A stretch of 64,000 nucleotides of DNA from Gammaproteobacteria bacterium (GCA_028819495.1 JAPPLI010000130.1:28649-92648); one strand, 5' to 3'; counted from the first letter of the stretch, positions 39,701 to 49,653 are shown. The notes: generated by a model not told the origin, from the letters alone. Translations and numbers: made by a program.

Positions 39701-40059
39701 TTCACCAGCGGCGGGGTCGTCACCACGACCTTGCCGAGGTGCCGGGCTGAGCGCATGAACGACAGTGCGGCGCCCGCTTCGGCCAGCGGCCAGCGGCTGT
39801 GTATGATCGGTTTCAGTTCCCCTGAAGAAAGACGCTCCATTATCCCTCTCAGTACCTTTCCGACCCGCGCCGGTTCCGTCTTTTTGAGAACATCCAGTTC
39901 CAGTATATGGTATGGCACGTCCGGTCGCAGGGCCGCCATCTCGTCTTCACTCAGGATGTCCCGCCTGGCCATCTCCACGAAGCGGCCGCCCTGCCTGAGG
40001 CAGGACAGGCTGGTGTCTATGAAGCCTTCCCCTGTCAGGCTGTTCAGCACCACATCCAC
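36733..40059 (-). pseudogene. Type I PKS fragment 4: ER (C-terminal part)-KR-ACP-KS2-linker, no AT
   Basis: Continues the ER after the TAG at 40063-40065 (…ILAATGG-stop-GVDVVLNSLTGEG). KR LVTGGLGGIG (about 39681-39160), but GQANHAAAN instead of YAAAN. ACP FFDLGMDSL (Ser codon about 38749-38751). KS2 about 38499-37240 (IAIIGMACRFPG, NCASS, EAHGAGS, KTNIGHLE). Ends GYPFQRRRYWIE. Confidence 0.85.
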
Positions 40060-40062
40060 ACC

Positions 40063-42153
40063 CTAGCCGCCCGTGGCCGCCAGGATCTCCTGCCCGAACG
40101 CGGTAGTGCGGCTGTCGAATATATGCTTGACGCCAAGCGAGCGAAGGTACGCCTGTTTCGGCATGCTTGCGGTAGCGAAGACTTCCGCTCCCGCGGCCTG
40201 CACCAACTGGATGGCCGCCAGGCCCACGCCGCCCGCGCCGGCATGGACCAGGACCCGGTCCCCGGCCTTGAGTCCGGAGAACTCGAAGGACAACGCAGCC
40301 GACACGAATGCGCTCGGTACCGTTGCAAGTTCCGAGACGGAGAATCCCTTCGGCGCGGGTGTCACCAGCTCCTCATGCGTGATCATTTGCGGCCCGAACG
40401 CGCCGAACCCCAGTCCCACAATATGGTCGCCGGCAGAAACGGTCGATACCTCGGCGCCGGTCTCAAGAATGTAACCGCACATCTCCCTGCCCAGCAGACC
40501 CTCCTCGATGAAGCCGAGAGAACGGAACACGTCCCAGAAGTTGAGCCCGGCAGCGTCCACCGTGACGCGTACTTCCCTGGGTTCCAGGGCGCGCACCGGC
40601 AACGGATCTTCAGGGCCCAGGAGCACGGTGAAACCGGCGTCCGTCTCCGCCACTACCCCGGATCTGGCCAGCATTTCGAACATGCGGCGGAACAGGCGCC
40701 TGTGTTCCTCGATAACATTTAATTGTTGCCGCAACGCCTCCGGGTCCACGGTTTCGCCTGCCACGCGTTGCCAGCCCAGTTCTTCCAGGGTTGCCAGCGC
40801 GCGCCTGCGCGACCACCGCTCCAGGTCCTGCAACAAGGCATCCCTGCTCTCGGGCGGGACTCCTGCTTCAGTCAGGTAATCAGTGAACAACTGCGCTTCG
40901 GCCGCAACGGTTGCCGGGCCCGGGAAGAAGTCAGCGGCTTTCATTCCGGGGGGGAGGGCGCGCTCGCGCCACACGATTTCGTACAGCAGGTCCTTTACTC
41001 CCTCGACTGCCGAGAGCAGGGCAGCCCGTGTTGCCCGCTTCACCGTGTAACCGTTAATACCGCCGATCAGAACTCCGTTTGCATCGTAAATACGCAATTC
41101 ACCGCTCAGGACCTCCGGCGGTTCTCCCGTATCCTGTTCTTGGGAAACCTGGTTCATACGCACGTGGCAGAGCGCCTGCTCCGGCAATTTCTGCGTAAGC
41201 CATAACCGTTCCCAGCCGAAAGGCAGGTAGGTAGTCGTGCTTTGCGTTCCGGTCAGGCCGCGCGCAATGCCCACGACCTGAAAACATCCGTCCAGTAAAA
41301 GTGGATGGATATCCGTCCCGCTGCTCCCGAGGGCTGCCGGGAAAGACACCTCACCCAGCGCCTCGCCCTGCCGGGACCAGGCATTCCCAAGGGTGCGGAA
41401 CGACGGGCCGAGATCAACACCGGTATCTGCCCTGGCGCGGTAATAGCCCGCCACGTCCACCGGACTCAGTACGGACTTCAGGCCTTCCGCATCGATGCGC
41501 CCGGCGGCTTCCGGGACAGGCGCATCCGCCGACACGCGTCCTTCCACGTGTACCGTCCATCCCTCTTCATTCCCCTTGCTGAATATCTGTACGGGGCGTG
41601 ACAGCGCTTGCTCTGAAGCATCAAGCACTACCTGCAGCTTGCGGCTGTCCTTATCCTCATCTTTGCCGGCCTTATTTTCCCTGGTCTCATATTCTTTGCC
41701 GCTCTCCTCCGGGAACACCAGCGGGTTATGCAGTTGCATGTCTTCAACTACTACCGGCCAGTTTCCTTCGCAGAGCATTGCGGAGGCCGCCATTGCGCCG
41801 TACAGCGTCCCCGGCGCCACCACCCGGTTGAACACCCGGTGATCGTTCAGCCACTCCGGATCCGAGCGAAACAGTTCCGTCTCGAAGGTGATCTCGCCAC
41901 GCGCCGATTCATGACGCTCGCCCAGCAAGGGGTGATCGGCAATGCCGCGCCGCTGCTTCGCCGTCTCTACCCAGTGGCGCCGGCGCTGGAACGGGTAACC
42001 GGGTATCGAGATGCGGCGCCGCGACTCACCGGCGAAAAGTCCTGCGAATCGAACCGGAAGCCCCGCCTCGTATGCTGCCGCGACCGCCTCCGTAAAACTG
42101 CCGCCTGCAGGCGCCGCGCCGTTGCCTGACGGTCTTTGCAGGCTTGACAGCAC
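40063..42153 (-). pseudogene. Type I PKS fragment 3: post-AT linker-DH-pseudoKR-ER (N-terminal part)
   Basis: GYPFQRRRHWVE; DH LNDHRVFNRVVAPG (about 41937-41030); ER EVRVTVDAAGLNFWD and LVHAGAGGVGLAAIQL (from about 40641). Terminated by an in-frame TAG in mid-ER. Confidence 0.85.
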
Positions 42154-42183
42154 TATCGGAGCCGGTGTTTGGGCCGACTCCGG

Positions 42184-43686
42184 CTAGGCCGAAAGCGCCA
42201 TCGGGGCCAGCACCGCGTGGGGGCCTATCTCCAGCACCAGGTCCACCCCGAGTTCGGCTAATGTACCGACCCCGCGGGCGAATGCCACCGGTTCCCGGGC
42301 ATGCCGCCTCCAGTATGTCCCGTCCAGTGCCTGGCCGGATTTAACCACCCGGCCCGTCAGGTTGCTGACCACGGCCAGGGAGGGAGGCCCGGTTTTCACG
42401 CCGTCCAGGGACGTTTCCAGTGCGTCCAGCGCCGGCTCGACCAGGGCGCTGTGGAATGTTTTTGCCGTGTTCAGCCTCCTGGCCCGGGTCCCCTGCGCTT
42501 CGAGGCGCTTCATGATGGTTTCAACCTCGTCGACCGGCCCGCTGATCACCTGGTGGGTTCCGTTGTCCGTCGAAATGTTCACCCCGATTCCGGTAGACAA
42601 TTTATTCGCTGCCCGGACTTCGGCTGCCACCTGCGGCGCCGGCGCAAAAACCGCGGACATGGCGCCCGGTTCGGTTGCGGACAGCAGGGCGCCGCGCGCG
42701 CAGGCAAAACGCATGCCGTCCTGCAGGCTGAATACTCCCGCCGTGTGCGCCGCCGCCAGTTCCCCGACACTGTGTCCCATCACCACCCCGGGCCGGATGC
42801 CCACACTGGACCAGAGCGCCGTCAGTGCGCATTCCAGCGCGAACAGCGCCGGTTGCTCCCAGGCCGTGTCGCCCAGTTTCCCTTCCGTCCCGGCGCGGGC
42901 GAACATGACGTCCAGCAGGGAGGTTCCCCGTTCATCCCGGAATACTGTCTCACAGTGATCCAGGACCGCCTTCGCCACCGGTTCGCTCTCGTACAGCGCC
43001 TGCCCCATGCCGGCCCACTGGCTTCCCTGGCCGGTGTAGACGAACGCGACCTTGTTCACCGGCCGGGACTTGGCCACCTCACCGGTTTCGGCCAGTTCTC
43101 TGAGCCGTTCCTGCAGGGATCCGGCATCGTGGAAAGCAATACCTGTGCGGTATTCGAAATGGCTGCGTCCCGCGCCCGCAGTCCACGCCATGTCCGCCAG
43201 CAAGGGTTCCGGTACGGCGCCGTCCCCCCCCATCTCTCCTGCCATCTCCCCGGCCGGTTCACCGAGCCATGACAGGTAGCGCCCGGCAAGTTCCCGGAGC
43301 GCGTACTCCGATTTGGCTGATAACGGAAGAAAACGGATCTTGCGCGGTCCCATCTCCTGCTCCGGTAACGGCAGTTGCGCTACGTCCGCGGGCAGGGAAA
43401 CCGCTGACATCTGCGCACAGCCCGCTGCCTGGTATTGCTTACCGGGCGCCGTGTCCGGAGAGACGTACTCCTCCAGCACGATATGGGCGTTGGTCCCGGA
43501 TATCCCGAAGGAGTTCACTCCCGCCAGACGCGGTCTTCCGTTCCGGCGCGGCCACTCCGTCAAGTCTGTTGTCACTTGTAACGGCAGGCGGTCCCAGTCG
43601 ATAGCCGGGTTGGGATCATGGAAATGCAGGTGTTTGGGAATCACACCGCGCCTGGTCGCCAGTACGGCCTTGATCACGCCGGCCAC
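42184..43686 (-). pseudogene. Type I PKS fragment 2: KS1 C-terminus-linker-AT
   Basis: AGVIKAVLA...FGISGTNAHIVLEE; AT from about 43053 (FVYTGQGSQWAGMG, GHSVGELAAAH, KTFHS). Ends at an in-frame TAG (42184-42186) at the AT/post-AT linker boundary. Confidence 0.85.
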
Positions 43687-44770
43687 TCCTGCAGCCGATT
43701 CCAGGTGACCGAACGTTGGTTTTCACGGAACCGGTCAGGAGCGGCTGGCCGGTTGCGCGTCCCTGGCAATAGACTTCGGCTACAGCATTGATCTCAATCG
43801 GGTCGCCCACGGTCGTTCCGGTCCCGTGTGCCTCCAGGTAATCCACGTCCGTGGCCGCGACTCCTGCCTGCGACAGGGCCTCTCCCATGACCTGCACCAG
43901 CGCCGGCGTGTTGGGAACCGTGAGTCCCACGCTGGCGCCGCCGTGGTTGACCGCCGAGCCCCGGATTACCCCCCAGATCCGGTCACCGGCCGCCTCCGCA
44001 TCACTAAGCCGCTTCATGACCACAACCCCGCAACCTTCTCCCCGTACGTAACCGTTCGCGGACGCATCGAAGGTCTTGCACTGTCCATCAGGCGACAACA
44101 TCATTGCATCCGCGCGCAGTTCGTAGATGCGGCTGTTCAGCAGGGCCTGCACGCCGCCGGCAAGCGCCAGGTCCGCCTTGCCCTGCTGCAGGTCCGCCAC
44201 GGCATCATGGATAGACACCAGGGATGATGCGCAGGCAGCGTCAACCGCCTTCACCGGGCCCATCAGACCCATTACAAAAGCAACCCTCCCTGCGGCGCCG
44301 TTCAGGTTGGTGCCGCTCAGGGCGTAGAGGCAGGAGGCTGCATCGGCAGGTTTGCCGGAGTCCAGGACCAGCATCCGGTACTCGTCATTGCTGATCCCAA
44401 CGTACACGCCGGTGCGGCTGCCTTCCAGGCTGTCCGGGTCTATCCCCGCATCCTCGAGAGCCTGCCAGCTTGTTTCCAGCATCATCCGTTGTTGCGGACC
44501 CAGCAATTGCGATTCAACCGGAGAAATCCGGAAGAACGTTTCATCGAACTGATCTATGTCGCTGACAAAAGCGCCAAATCGACAGCCTTCGTTCAGCTGC
44601 GCGGCATCAGGGAAGAGTTCCCCTATGCGCCCGACTCCCGATCCCGGAACACCCTCGGTCACGGCATTCTCTCCGGCTTCCAGCAAACGCCAGAAGGAGG
44701 GGATATCCGGCGCGCCGGGGAAGCGGCACGCCATGCCCACTATCGCGATCGGTCGTTCAGTTTCGTACAT
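43616..44770 (-). pseudogene. Type I PKS fragment 1: KS1 N-terminal part, ended by a +1 frameshift
   Basis: IAIVGMACRFPGAPD, AACASSLVSIHDA, YLEAHGTGTTVGDPIE. The coding strand reads aac gtt C ggt cac ctg gaa where GSVKTNVGHLE is expected, with an extra base near 43711. SD AAGGAAG lies upstream of the ATG at 44770. Confidence 0.85.
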
Positions 44771-44781
44771 CGTTCACTTCC

Positions 44782-45723
44782 TTACCGGGAGCCGGGAAGC
44801 ACCTCCTGCTCAATGAAGCCGCGCATGGTGGCGACACATTCCTCCGGTTGTTCCAGTTGCATCAGGTGCGTCGTGTCCGGCAGGAAATCATAGTCTACGC
44901 TCAATATGTCGCTCAGGTCTATGGTAGGCAGGTAAGAATAGGGCAGGGTGGGGTCGGCGCCGATGACCTTGGTCGGGCAATGCAGCTCATCCAGGTCCAC
45001 CAGCGGTGAGTAACTCCTGATGTAATCGATGATCCGCGCCTCGTACTCGGGCGGGCAGCAAAGTTCGTATCCATCTCCGTCAGCGGCCTCGCGCAGTGTC
45101 GTAGCCGCCACCAGTTCGCCCACGCCGGGAACGACGTTCCTGAAGGGCGGCATGAACTCGAGCAGTTCAACATACTGTTCCCTGGACTTGAAGCGGTTCG
45201 AGCGCCGCCGGGTCATCGCTGCCATCTTTTCGGCGGCCTCGTCGAATTTTTCCTGGCTGGCGCCGGGTTTGCACAGGGGCGGGTCGAACAGCACCAGCGC
45301 CGAGAAAGCGCTGCTTTCCAGGGTAAGCGCAGGGATGGCCAGTATCGAACTTGACATCAGCGTTATCAGGGATGAAGCGGAATGGAACACGCCGATTTTC
45401 GGTTCCTCCCCGTATTGCTCGTCGATGGCCGCGAGGATGCAGTTATGGTCGCGCATGAATGCCGGCACATTATGGTTTTCAATGGCGCCGGCATTGTTCC
45501 GGCCGTGATTTCTGAGGTCGTAGATGACCAGGTCGTAATCGTCCATGAGCAACGACCAGAAAGGGAAGTAGAGATCGATGGCGAGGCCGTTGCCGTGGCT
45601 CAACACGAGGCGCGGCCCTGCCGGGTTACCGTAACGGCGCAGGTTAATGACGGTGTCACCGTCCGGACGGACTTCACAGACGGAAGCGGGTTCAGGTATC
45701 TCCCACAGGACTTCTGAAGACAT
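44782..45723 (-). CDS. Alpha/beta hydrolase (possible releasing or editing thioesterase of the PKS operon)
   Basis: LVLSHGNGL oxyanion region and GVFHSASS nucleophile-elbow-like motif. Start taken at MSSEVLW (ATG 45721-45723); the longer ORF-track start at 45762 runs into a type-1 repeat half-site. Confidence 0.65.
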   Translation of the reverse strand: MSSEVLWEIPEPASVCEVRPDGDTVINLRRYGNPAGPRLVLSHGNGLAIDLYFPFWSLLMDDYDLVIYDLRNHGRNNAGAIENHNVPAFMRDHNCILAAIDEQYGEEPKIGVFHSASSLITLMSSSILAIPALTLESSAFSALVLFDPPLCKPGASQEKFDEAAEKMAAMTRRRSNRFKSREQYVELLEFMPPFRNVVPGVGELVAATTLREAADGDGYELCCPPEYEARIIDYIRSYSPLVDLDELHCPTKVIGADPTLPYSYLPTIDLSDILSVDYDFLPDTTHLMQLEQPEECVATMRGFIEQEVLPGSR

Positions 45724-45728
45724 AAGGA

Positions 45729-45744
45729 TTTTTACTCTGACCCC
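45729..45744. repeat. Type-1 repeat half-site
   Basis: tttttactctgacccc, directly upstream of the hydrolase start. Confidence 0.6.
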
Positions 45745-45829
45745 GCCCATCCCGTCACACAACGCCGGACAGGACGAACCACTACCTGTCCGGCATAAGC
45801 GGCGTCACGCCCCGGGTCGTTCGGCCGGA

Positions 45830-46066
45830 CTAGCCGCCGAGATGATCAATCAGCTTCTGTATGGTATTGACTGTCTCACAATCCTCGATTGTGAAGGTAA
45901 TATTGAACTCTTTTGAAACCAGTTTCGCGAAAGCGACGACATCCAGTGAGGATACGCCAAGCTCGGTGAGCCCGGTATTCAGGTCCGCCGACAGGTTCAG
46001 AGGTTGCCCGTCCACTTCCAGGTTATCGCTGACGAGTTGTCTGACGCGTTCTTCGGTTGTAGCCAT
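45830..46066 (-). CDS. Stand-alone acyl carrier protein
   Basis: 78 aa with the phosphopantetheine-site context LGVSSLDVVAF. First gene of the ACP-hydrolase-PKS operon. Confidence 0.8.
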   Translation of the reverse strand: MATTEERVRQLVSDNLEVDGQPLNLSADLNTGLTELGVSSLDVVAFAKLVSKEFNITFTIEDCETVNTIQKLIDHLGG

Positions 46067-46215
46067 GACTATTGCTCTCCCATAATTACGGTTATTGTTG
46101 TACGAAGATTTAGAGCTATCCCACTTTTACAATCCCGTCAACAAAAGAAGGCATTAAGTTCATTCCCTGATATAATTTCTTCCTCATGAACAGCAACTAA
46201 TCACAGGAGATCACA

Positions 46216-46698
46216 GTGACAATACAAGTCGGAGATAAAGCCCCTGAGGGACGGTTTCACGTAATCAATGCAGATGGGCCGGGCTCGGTGAGCACGGATG
46301 AATTGTTCGGCGGCAAAAAAGTCGTGGTGTTTTCGGTGCCGGGCGCGTTCACCCCAACCTGTTCGAAAGAACACCTGCCGGGATTCATCAATAATGCCGA
46401 TGCCATCAGTGCGAAGGGCGTGGACACCATCGCCTGCATGGCGGTGAACGACATGTTCGTGATGGACGCCTGGGGCGCGAGCGCCGGCGCCGGCGACAAG
46501 GTATTGATGCTGGCCGACGGCAACGGCACGTATACCGCAGCCCTGGGGCTGGAACTGGACGGTTCCGGTTTCGGCCTGGGCACCCGGGGCCAGCGTTTTG
46601 CCATGGTGGTGGAACACGGTACCATTACCCAACTGCACGTCGAAGCGCCCATGGAATTCAAGGTCAGTTCGGCGGAGAATATCTTGGCGAACCTGTAA
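46216..46698 (+). CDS. Peroxiredoxin (Prx5/PrxV type)
   Basis: 160 aa. Peroxidatic Cys in VPGAFTPTCS. GTG start preceded by AGGAG; extended -10 (TGATATAAT) upstream. Confidence 0.85.
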   Translation: MTIQVGDKAPEGRFHVINADGPGSVSTDELFGGKKVVVFSVPGAFTPTCSKEHLPGFINNADAISAKGVDTIACMAVNDMFVMDAWGASAGAGDKVLMLADGNGTYTAALGLELDGSGFGLGTRGQRFAMVVEHGTITQLHVEAPMEFKVSSAENILANL

Positions 46699-46711
46699 CC
46701 GGGGCGTTAAC

Positions 46712-46755
46712 TGGCTGGGGGCAGAGGATTCGAACCTCTACTGGCGGAGTCAGAG
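46712..46755. repeat. 44-bp direct repeat of the tRNA-Gln 3' part (distal att site of the islet)
   Basis: tggctgggggcagaggattcgaacctctactggcggagtcagag is identical to 50563-50606 (anticodon loop to CCA of tRNA-Gln). Confidence 0.9.
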
Positions 46756-46832
46756 GAATTAATTCTATCGCCCCTGGTCTTTTGCAATACCAGCGCAATG
46801 CAAGCTTAATCGCTTGATTCGTGATAAAATCA

Positions 46833-46861
46833 TTGACTAAAGACGTCTGGACGTCTATAAT
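46833..46861 (+). promoter_or_regulatory. Near-consensus sigma70 promoter with two GACGTC palindromes in the spacer
   Basis: TTGACT (46833-46838), a 17-nt spacer, then TATAAT (46856-46861). The spacer contains GACGTCTGGACGTCT (GACGTC at 46842-46847 and 46850-46855). Confidence 0.6.
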
Positions 46862-48059
46862 GCCGGATATGAAACCCCAGGCGTCACGCAATCCCCCCGG
46901 TCAGGTACGTGATGCCATCCTGCAAACGCTGTTGTTAACCTCCAAGCCACTGTCAGTAAAGGAAATTGAGGGACGGGTACAAAAAATAGCCGGACCAACA
47001 CCTCAATCCTCAATCAGGTCCTACCTGCGACTCAATACACCGGCTGTTTTTGTTCGCGAAGAACGCGGTGTTTACCGTCTTCGCACACGCCATCCGGAAC
47101 ATCTCTCAGGCATTCAACGTGAACTTGTTTCAGATGAACAATGGCGGGAGCCGTATCTCTTTGGCAGATCAACCCTGGTACATGCCGACTGTTTTGACTG
47201 GCTCGAAGGCCGGGAGGATAACAGTATCCATGCCGTTGTCACAGACCCACCCTACGGATTGCATGAATACACCCCTGAACAACAAAGAAAGTTACGTAGC
47301 GGGAAAGGTGGTGTCTGGAGAATTCCCCCCTCTTTTGATGGACATAAACGGTCTCCGCTCCCCAGGTTTACCACACTCACGCAAGAACAATTGGAGCAGT
47401 TGGGTTCATTTTTCTTCGTGTGGGCCAAGTTATTGCTTCCGAAACTCGTACCCGGCGCTCATGTTGTCGTAGCATCCAATCCTCTTGTCTCTTATATAGT
47501 TTCAACTGCGCTGGCTGACTCCGGTTTGGAAAGAAGGGGAGAGATCGTTCGCCTCACTATGACCATGCGCGGCGGTGACCGCCCGAAAGCGGCACATGAG
47601 GAATTCAGTGAAATCAGCGTGATGCCTCGTTCGATGTGGGAGCCTTGGATCGTTTACAGAAAACCTGTTGAAGGCCGTGTCCAGGATAACTTGAGAAAAT
47701 GGAAAACAGGCGGGTTTCGCCGGCCGCTGGCAGAAAAGCCTTTTGGTGACGTAATCGCATCATCGCCTACCAGAAAAAGTGAAAAGTCACTTGCACCACA
47801 TCCGAGCCTCAAACCCCAGGCGTTTATGCGGCAGGTTGTTTACGCTTCGTTACCCCTTGGCGAAGGCGTGGTCCTGGATCCTTTTGCAGGAGCCGGTTCT
47901 ACTCTGGCGGCAGCGGAAGTGGCAGGTTATGCCAGTATCGGTGTGGAAAAAGATACTGGTTTTTTTACCATGGCGCGTGAGTCAATACCCAGACTGACGG
48001 CATATAAGGTAAATGGAAGCGCTAAAGCCTGTATATCCAGCTATCCCGAAGTTTCTTGA
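46860..48059 (+). CDS. Beta-class DNA methyltransferase (DPPY...FxGxG order) with an N-terminal HTH (HARE-HTH-like) domain
   Basis: VVTDPPYGL (motif IV) precedes LDPFAGAGSTLAAAE (motif I). N-terminal VRDAILQTLLLTSKPLSVKEIEGRVQKI...GVYRL. The start is ambiguous: GTG 46821, ATG 46860 or ATG 46869, the last fitting a leaderless transcript. Confidence 0.75.
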   Translation: MPDMKPQASRNPPGQVRDAILQTLLLTSKPLSVKEIEGRVQKIAGPTPQSSIRSYLRLNTPAVFVREERGVYRLRTRHPEHLSGIQRELVSDEQWREPYLFGRSTLVHADCFDWLEGREDNSIHAVVTDPPYGLHEYTPEQQRKLRSGKGGVWRIPPSFDGHKRSPLPRFTTLTQEQLEQLGSFFFVWAKLLLPKLVPGAHVVVASNPLVSYIVSTALADSGLERRGEIVRLTMTMRGGDRPKAAHEEFSEISVMPRSMWEPWIVYRKPVEGRVQDNLRKWKTGGFRRPLAEKPFGDVIASSPTRKSEKSLAPHPSLKPQAFMRQVVYASLPLGEGVVLDPFAGAGSTLAAAEVAGYASIGVEKDTGFFTMARESIPRLTAYKVNGSAKACISSYPEVS

Positions 48060-48624
48060 CGCCGTCTTTATGTAATGTGGCCGTACGCGTCCCCAGTTCA
48101 CCTCTGGGGTTTTTTCGGAAATCTTCCACTCTTACTTGTCCCAGGTAAACCTCTGTAAATGTCATCGGTAGCCTGTTGGTAGCGGGTTCCGAAACGGTAT
48201 CAACCGTATAAACGAATACGCACATCCACTGATCTCTTGCTCCATGAGTATCAACGGCTCCCCCGGCTTTTCTTGTGGTTTTTATTTCCACTCCCTCAGA
48301 ACCTGCTTTCACTGCGTTATCGGGATACACACCCTGCATGATCAGGTCAGGATGACCGTTAAAATATTCGTTTTCTATCAATACGCGGGAATGTCTTGCG
48401 AGACTTGCAGTCAGCATATCTGAAAGTAAACCGGACATGATAGCGGGACGCAGCATGTCATCGAAACGTTGCAGTCCCTTGTTCAGGAGATGAGAGTTTA
48501 CGTCAAAAAAGAAATCATACACATCCTGCATTGCCATTTGAAAATCCTGCCAGCGTAGTTCGTATGGCGGTTCAGCTTTATCATTAAATTTGGAGGTATC
48601 TACGATATTGCGTGTGATTTCCAT
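48022..48624 (-). CDS. Putative type II restriction endonuclease (PD-(D/E)xK)
   Basis: 200 aa. GHPDLIMQGVY...GSEGVEIKTTRK fits PD-x17-ExK. Convergent with the methyltransferase gene and overlapping its 3' end by 38 bp. Family not recognised. Confidence 0.5.
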   Translation of the reverse strand: MEITRNIVDTSKFNDKAEPPYELRWQDFQMAMQDVYDFFFDVNSHLLNKGLQRFDDMLRPAIMSGLLSDMLTASLARHSRVLIENEYFNGHPDLIMQGVYPDNAVKAGSEGVEIKTTRKAGGAVDTHGARDQWMCVFVYTVDTVSEPATNRLPMTFTEVYLGQVRVEDFRKNPRGELGTRTATLHKDGVKKLRDSWIYRL

Positions 48625-48905
48625 AATGTTTTTGATATGTCCAAAGGAAAAGTCCTCGGCCCCTTATACTACTTTTCTTTTTTATGAGAAAAAAGAGGGC
48701 AGATTTATTTTTTCCACAGGGGCCGTGTAAGAGCACTTTCTGTTGTAAAGGTCGCGATCCAACGGTTGAGCCGCTATTTGGACCTGTTCTGCTGTAAGGA
48801 CGAATTTTAGTTAAGTATTGTGTCCCCTAAATTGCTCCCGAGTTGAGGCGTGGACTCCGATGCCAGTGGTGATTTGATTACCGTAACCGATGCCGGACGG
48901 CAGGA

Positions 48906-48934
48906 TTGACTTAAGTCACAGTCTCCACTATAAT
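48906..48934 (+). promoter_or_regulatory. Near-consensus sigma70 promoter of the phd/vapC pair
   Basis: TTGACT (48906-48911), a 17-nt spacer, then TATAAT (48929-48934). Confidence 0.55.
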
Positions 48935-48976
48935 CTGACCAGGCTGACCAGAAACATTGAGAGTAAGACCGCATTG

Positions 48977-49231
48977 ATGAGAACAACAAACTGGCAATTG
49001 CAGGAGGCCAAGGCGCACCTGAGTGAACTGGTAAGGAGCGTTCAAGAAAACGGGCCGCAACGGATCACGGTGCACGGCAAGCCTGCCGCTGTCATCCTGT
49101 CTTGTGACGACTATGCCCGGCTTGCCCGGAAAAAGCCGTCATTTGTTAACCTGATGCGGCAATCACCACTCATGGGCGTGGACCTGCAACTTGAGCGTGA
49201 CCAATCGCTGACACGCGAACACACCTTGTGA
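48977..49231 (+). CDS. Phd/YefM family antitoxin
   Basis: 84 aa from ATG 48977: MRTTNWQLQEAKAHLSELVRSVQENGPQRITVHGKPAAVILS. Confidence 0.8.
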   Translation: MRTTNWQLQEAKAHLSELVRSVQENGPQRITVHGKPAAVILSCDDYARLARKKPSFVNLMRQSPLMGVDLQLERDQSLTREHTL

Positions 49232-49653
49232 GCTATCTCCTGGACACCAACGTGGTGTCTGAACTGGTCAGGCCAAAACCTGACCCGGAAGTGCTGGCCT
49301 GGTTCGGCAATACGCCTGATGATGCATTGCACCTGAGCGTGCTGTCGCTGGGCGAGATCCGCAAGGGCGTGGAGAAGCTTGAGCCATCACCAAGACGGGA
49401 AGCGTTGCGAGTCTGGCTGGAACAGGAACTGGCGGACTGGTTTGATGATCGGATTTTACCCGTTGACCGCGGTGTCGCAGACCGGTGGGGGACCCTGCTA
49501 GCCCATGCGGGGCGTCCGGTGCCGACGATTGACAGCCTGCTGGCGGCCACGGCCATGTATCACGGTCTGAGATTGGCGACCCGCAACGTCACTGATTTCC
49601 GGTTTACCGGTTTGGAGGTTGTCAATCCCTGGGATGGGGCTAATCCCTACTAA
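49228..49653 (+). CDS. vapC: PIN-domain toxin, VapC/FitB-like
   Basis: 141 aa. YLLDTNVVSE...; GTGA overlap with the antitoxin stop. Confidence 0.85.
   Translation: MSYLLDTNVVSELVRPKPDPEVLAWFGNTPDDALHLSVLSLGEIRKGVEKLEPSPRREALRVWLEQELADWFDDRILPVDRGVADRWGTLLAHAGRPVPTIDSLLAATAMYHGLRLATRNVTDFRFTGLEVVNPWDGANPY

Noticed and set aside
36335-42186. Three in-frame TAG codons as evidence of amber reassignment or pyrrolysine.
   Set aside because: TAG clearly terminates ordinary genes in the same window (hsdR at 8268-8270, the ATPase at 16553-16555, the PHP-ATPase at 20864-20866, the endonuclease at 48022-48024). One of the affected genes also carries a frameshift, which points to decay.
43616-43720. 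Overlap of PKS fragments 1 and 2 as programmed ribosomal frameshifting.
   Set aside because: There is no slippery heptamer. The lesion is a single extra base inside the invariant KS motif GSVKTN(I/V)GHLE, and the paralogous KS2 (about 37480-37505) is uninterrupted.
46712-46755. A second tRNA gene.
   Set aside because: Only the 3' 44 nt (anticodon loop to CCA) of tRNA-Gln are present, with no 5' acceptor or D arm. It is an att-type duplicate.
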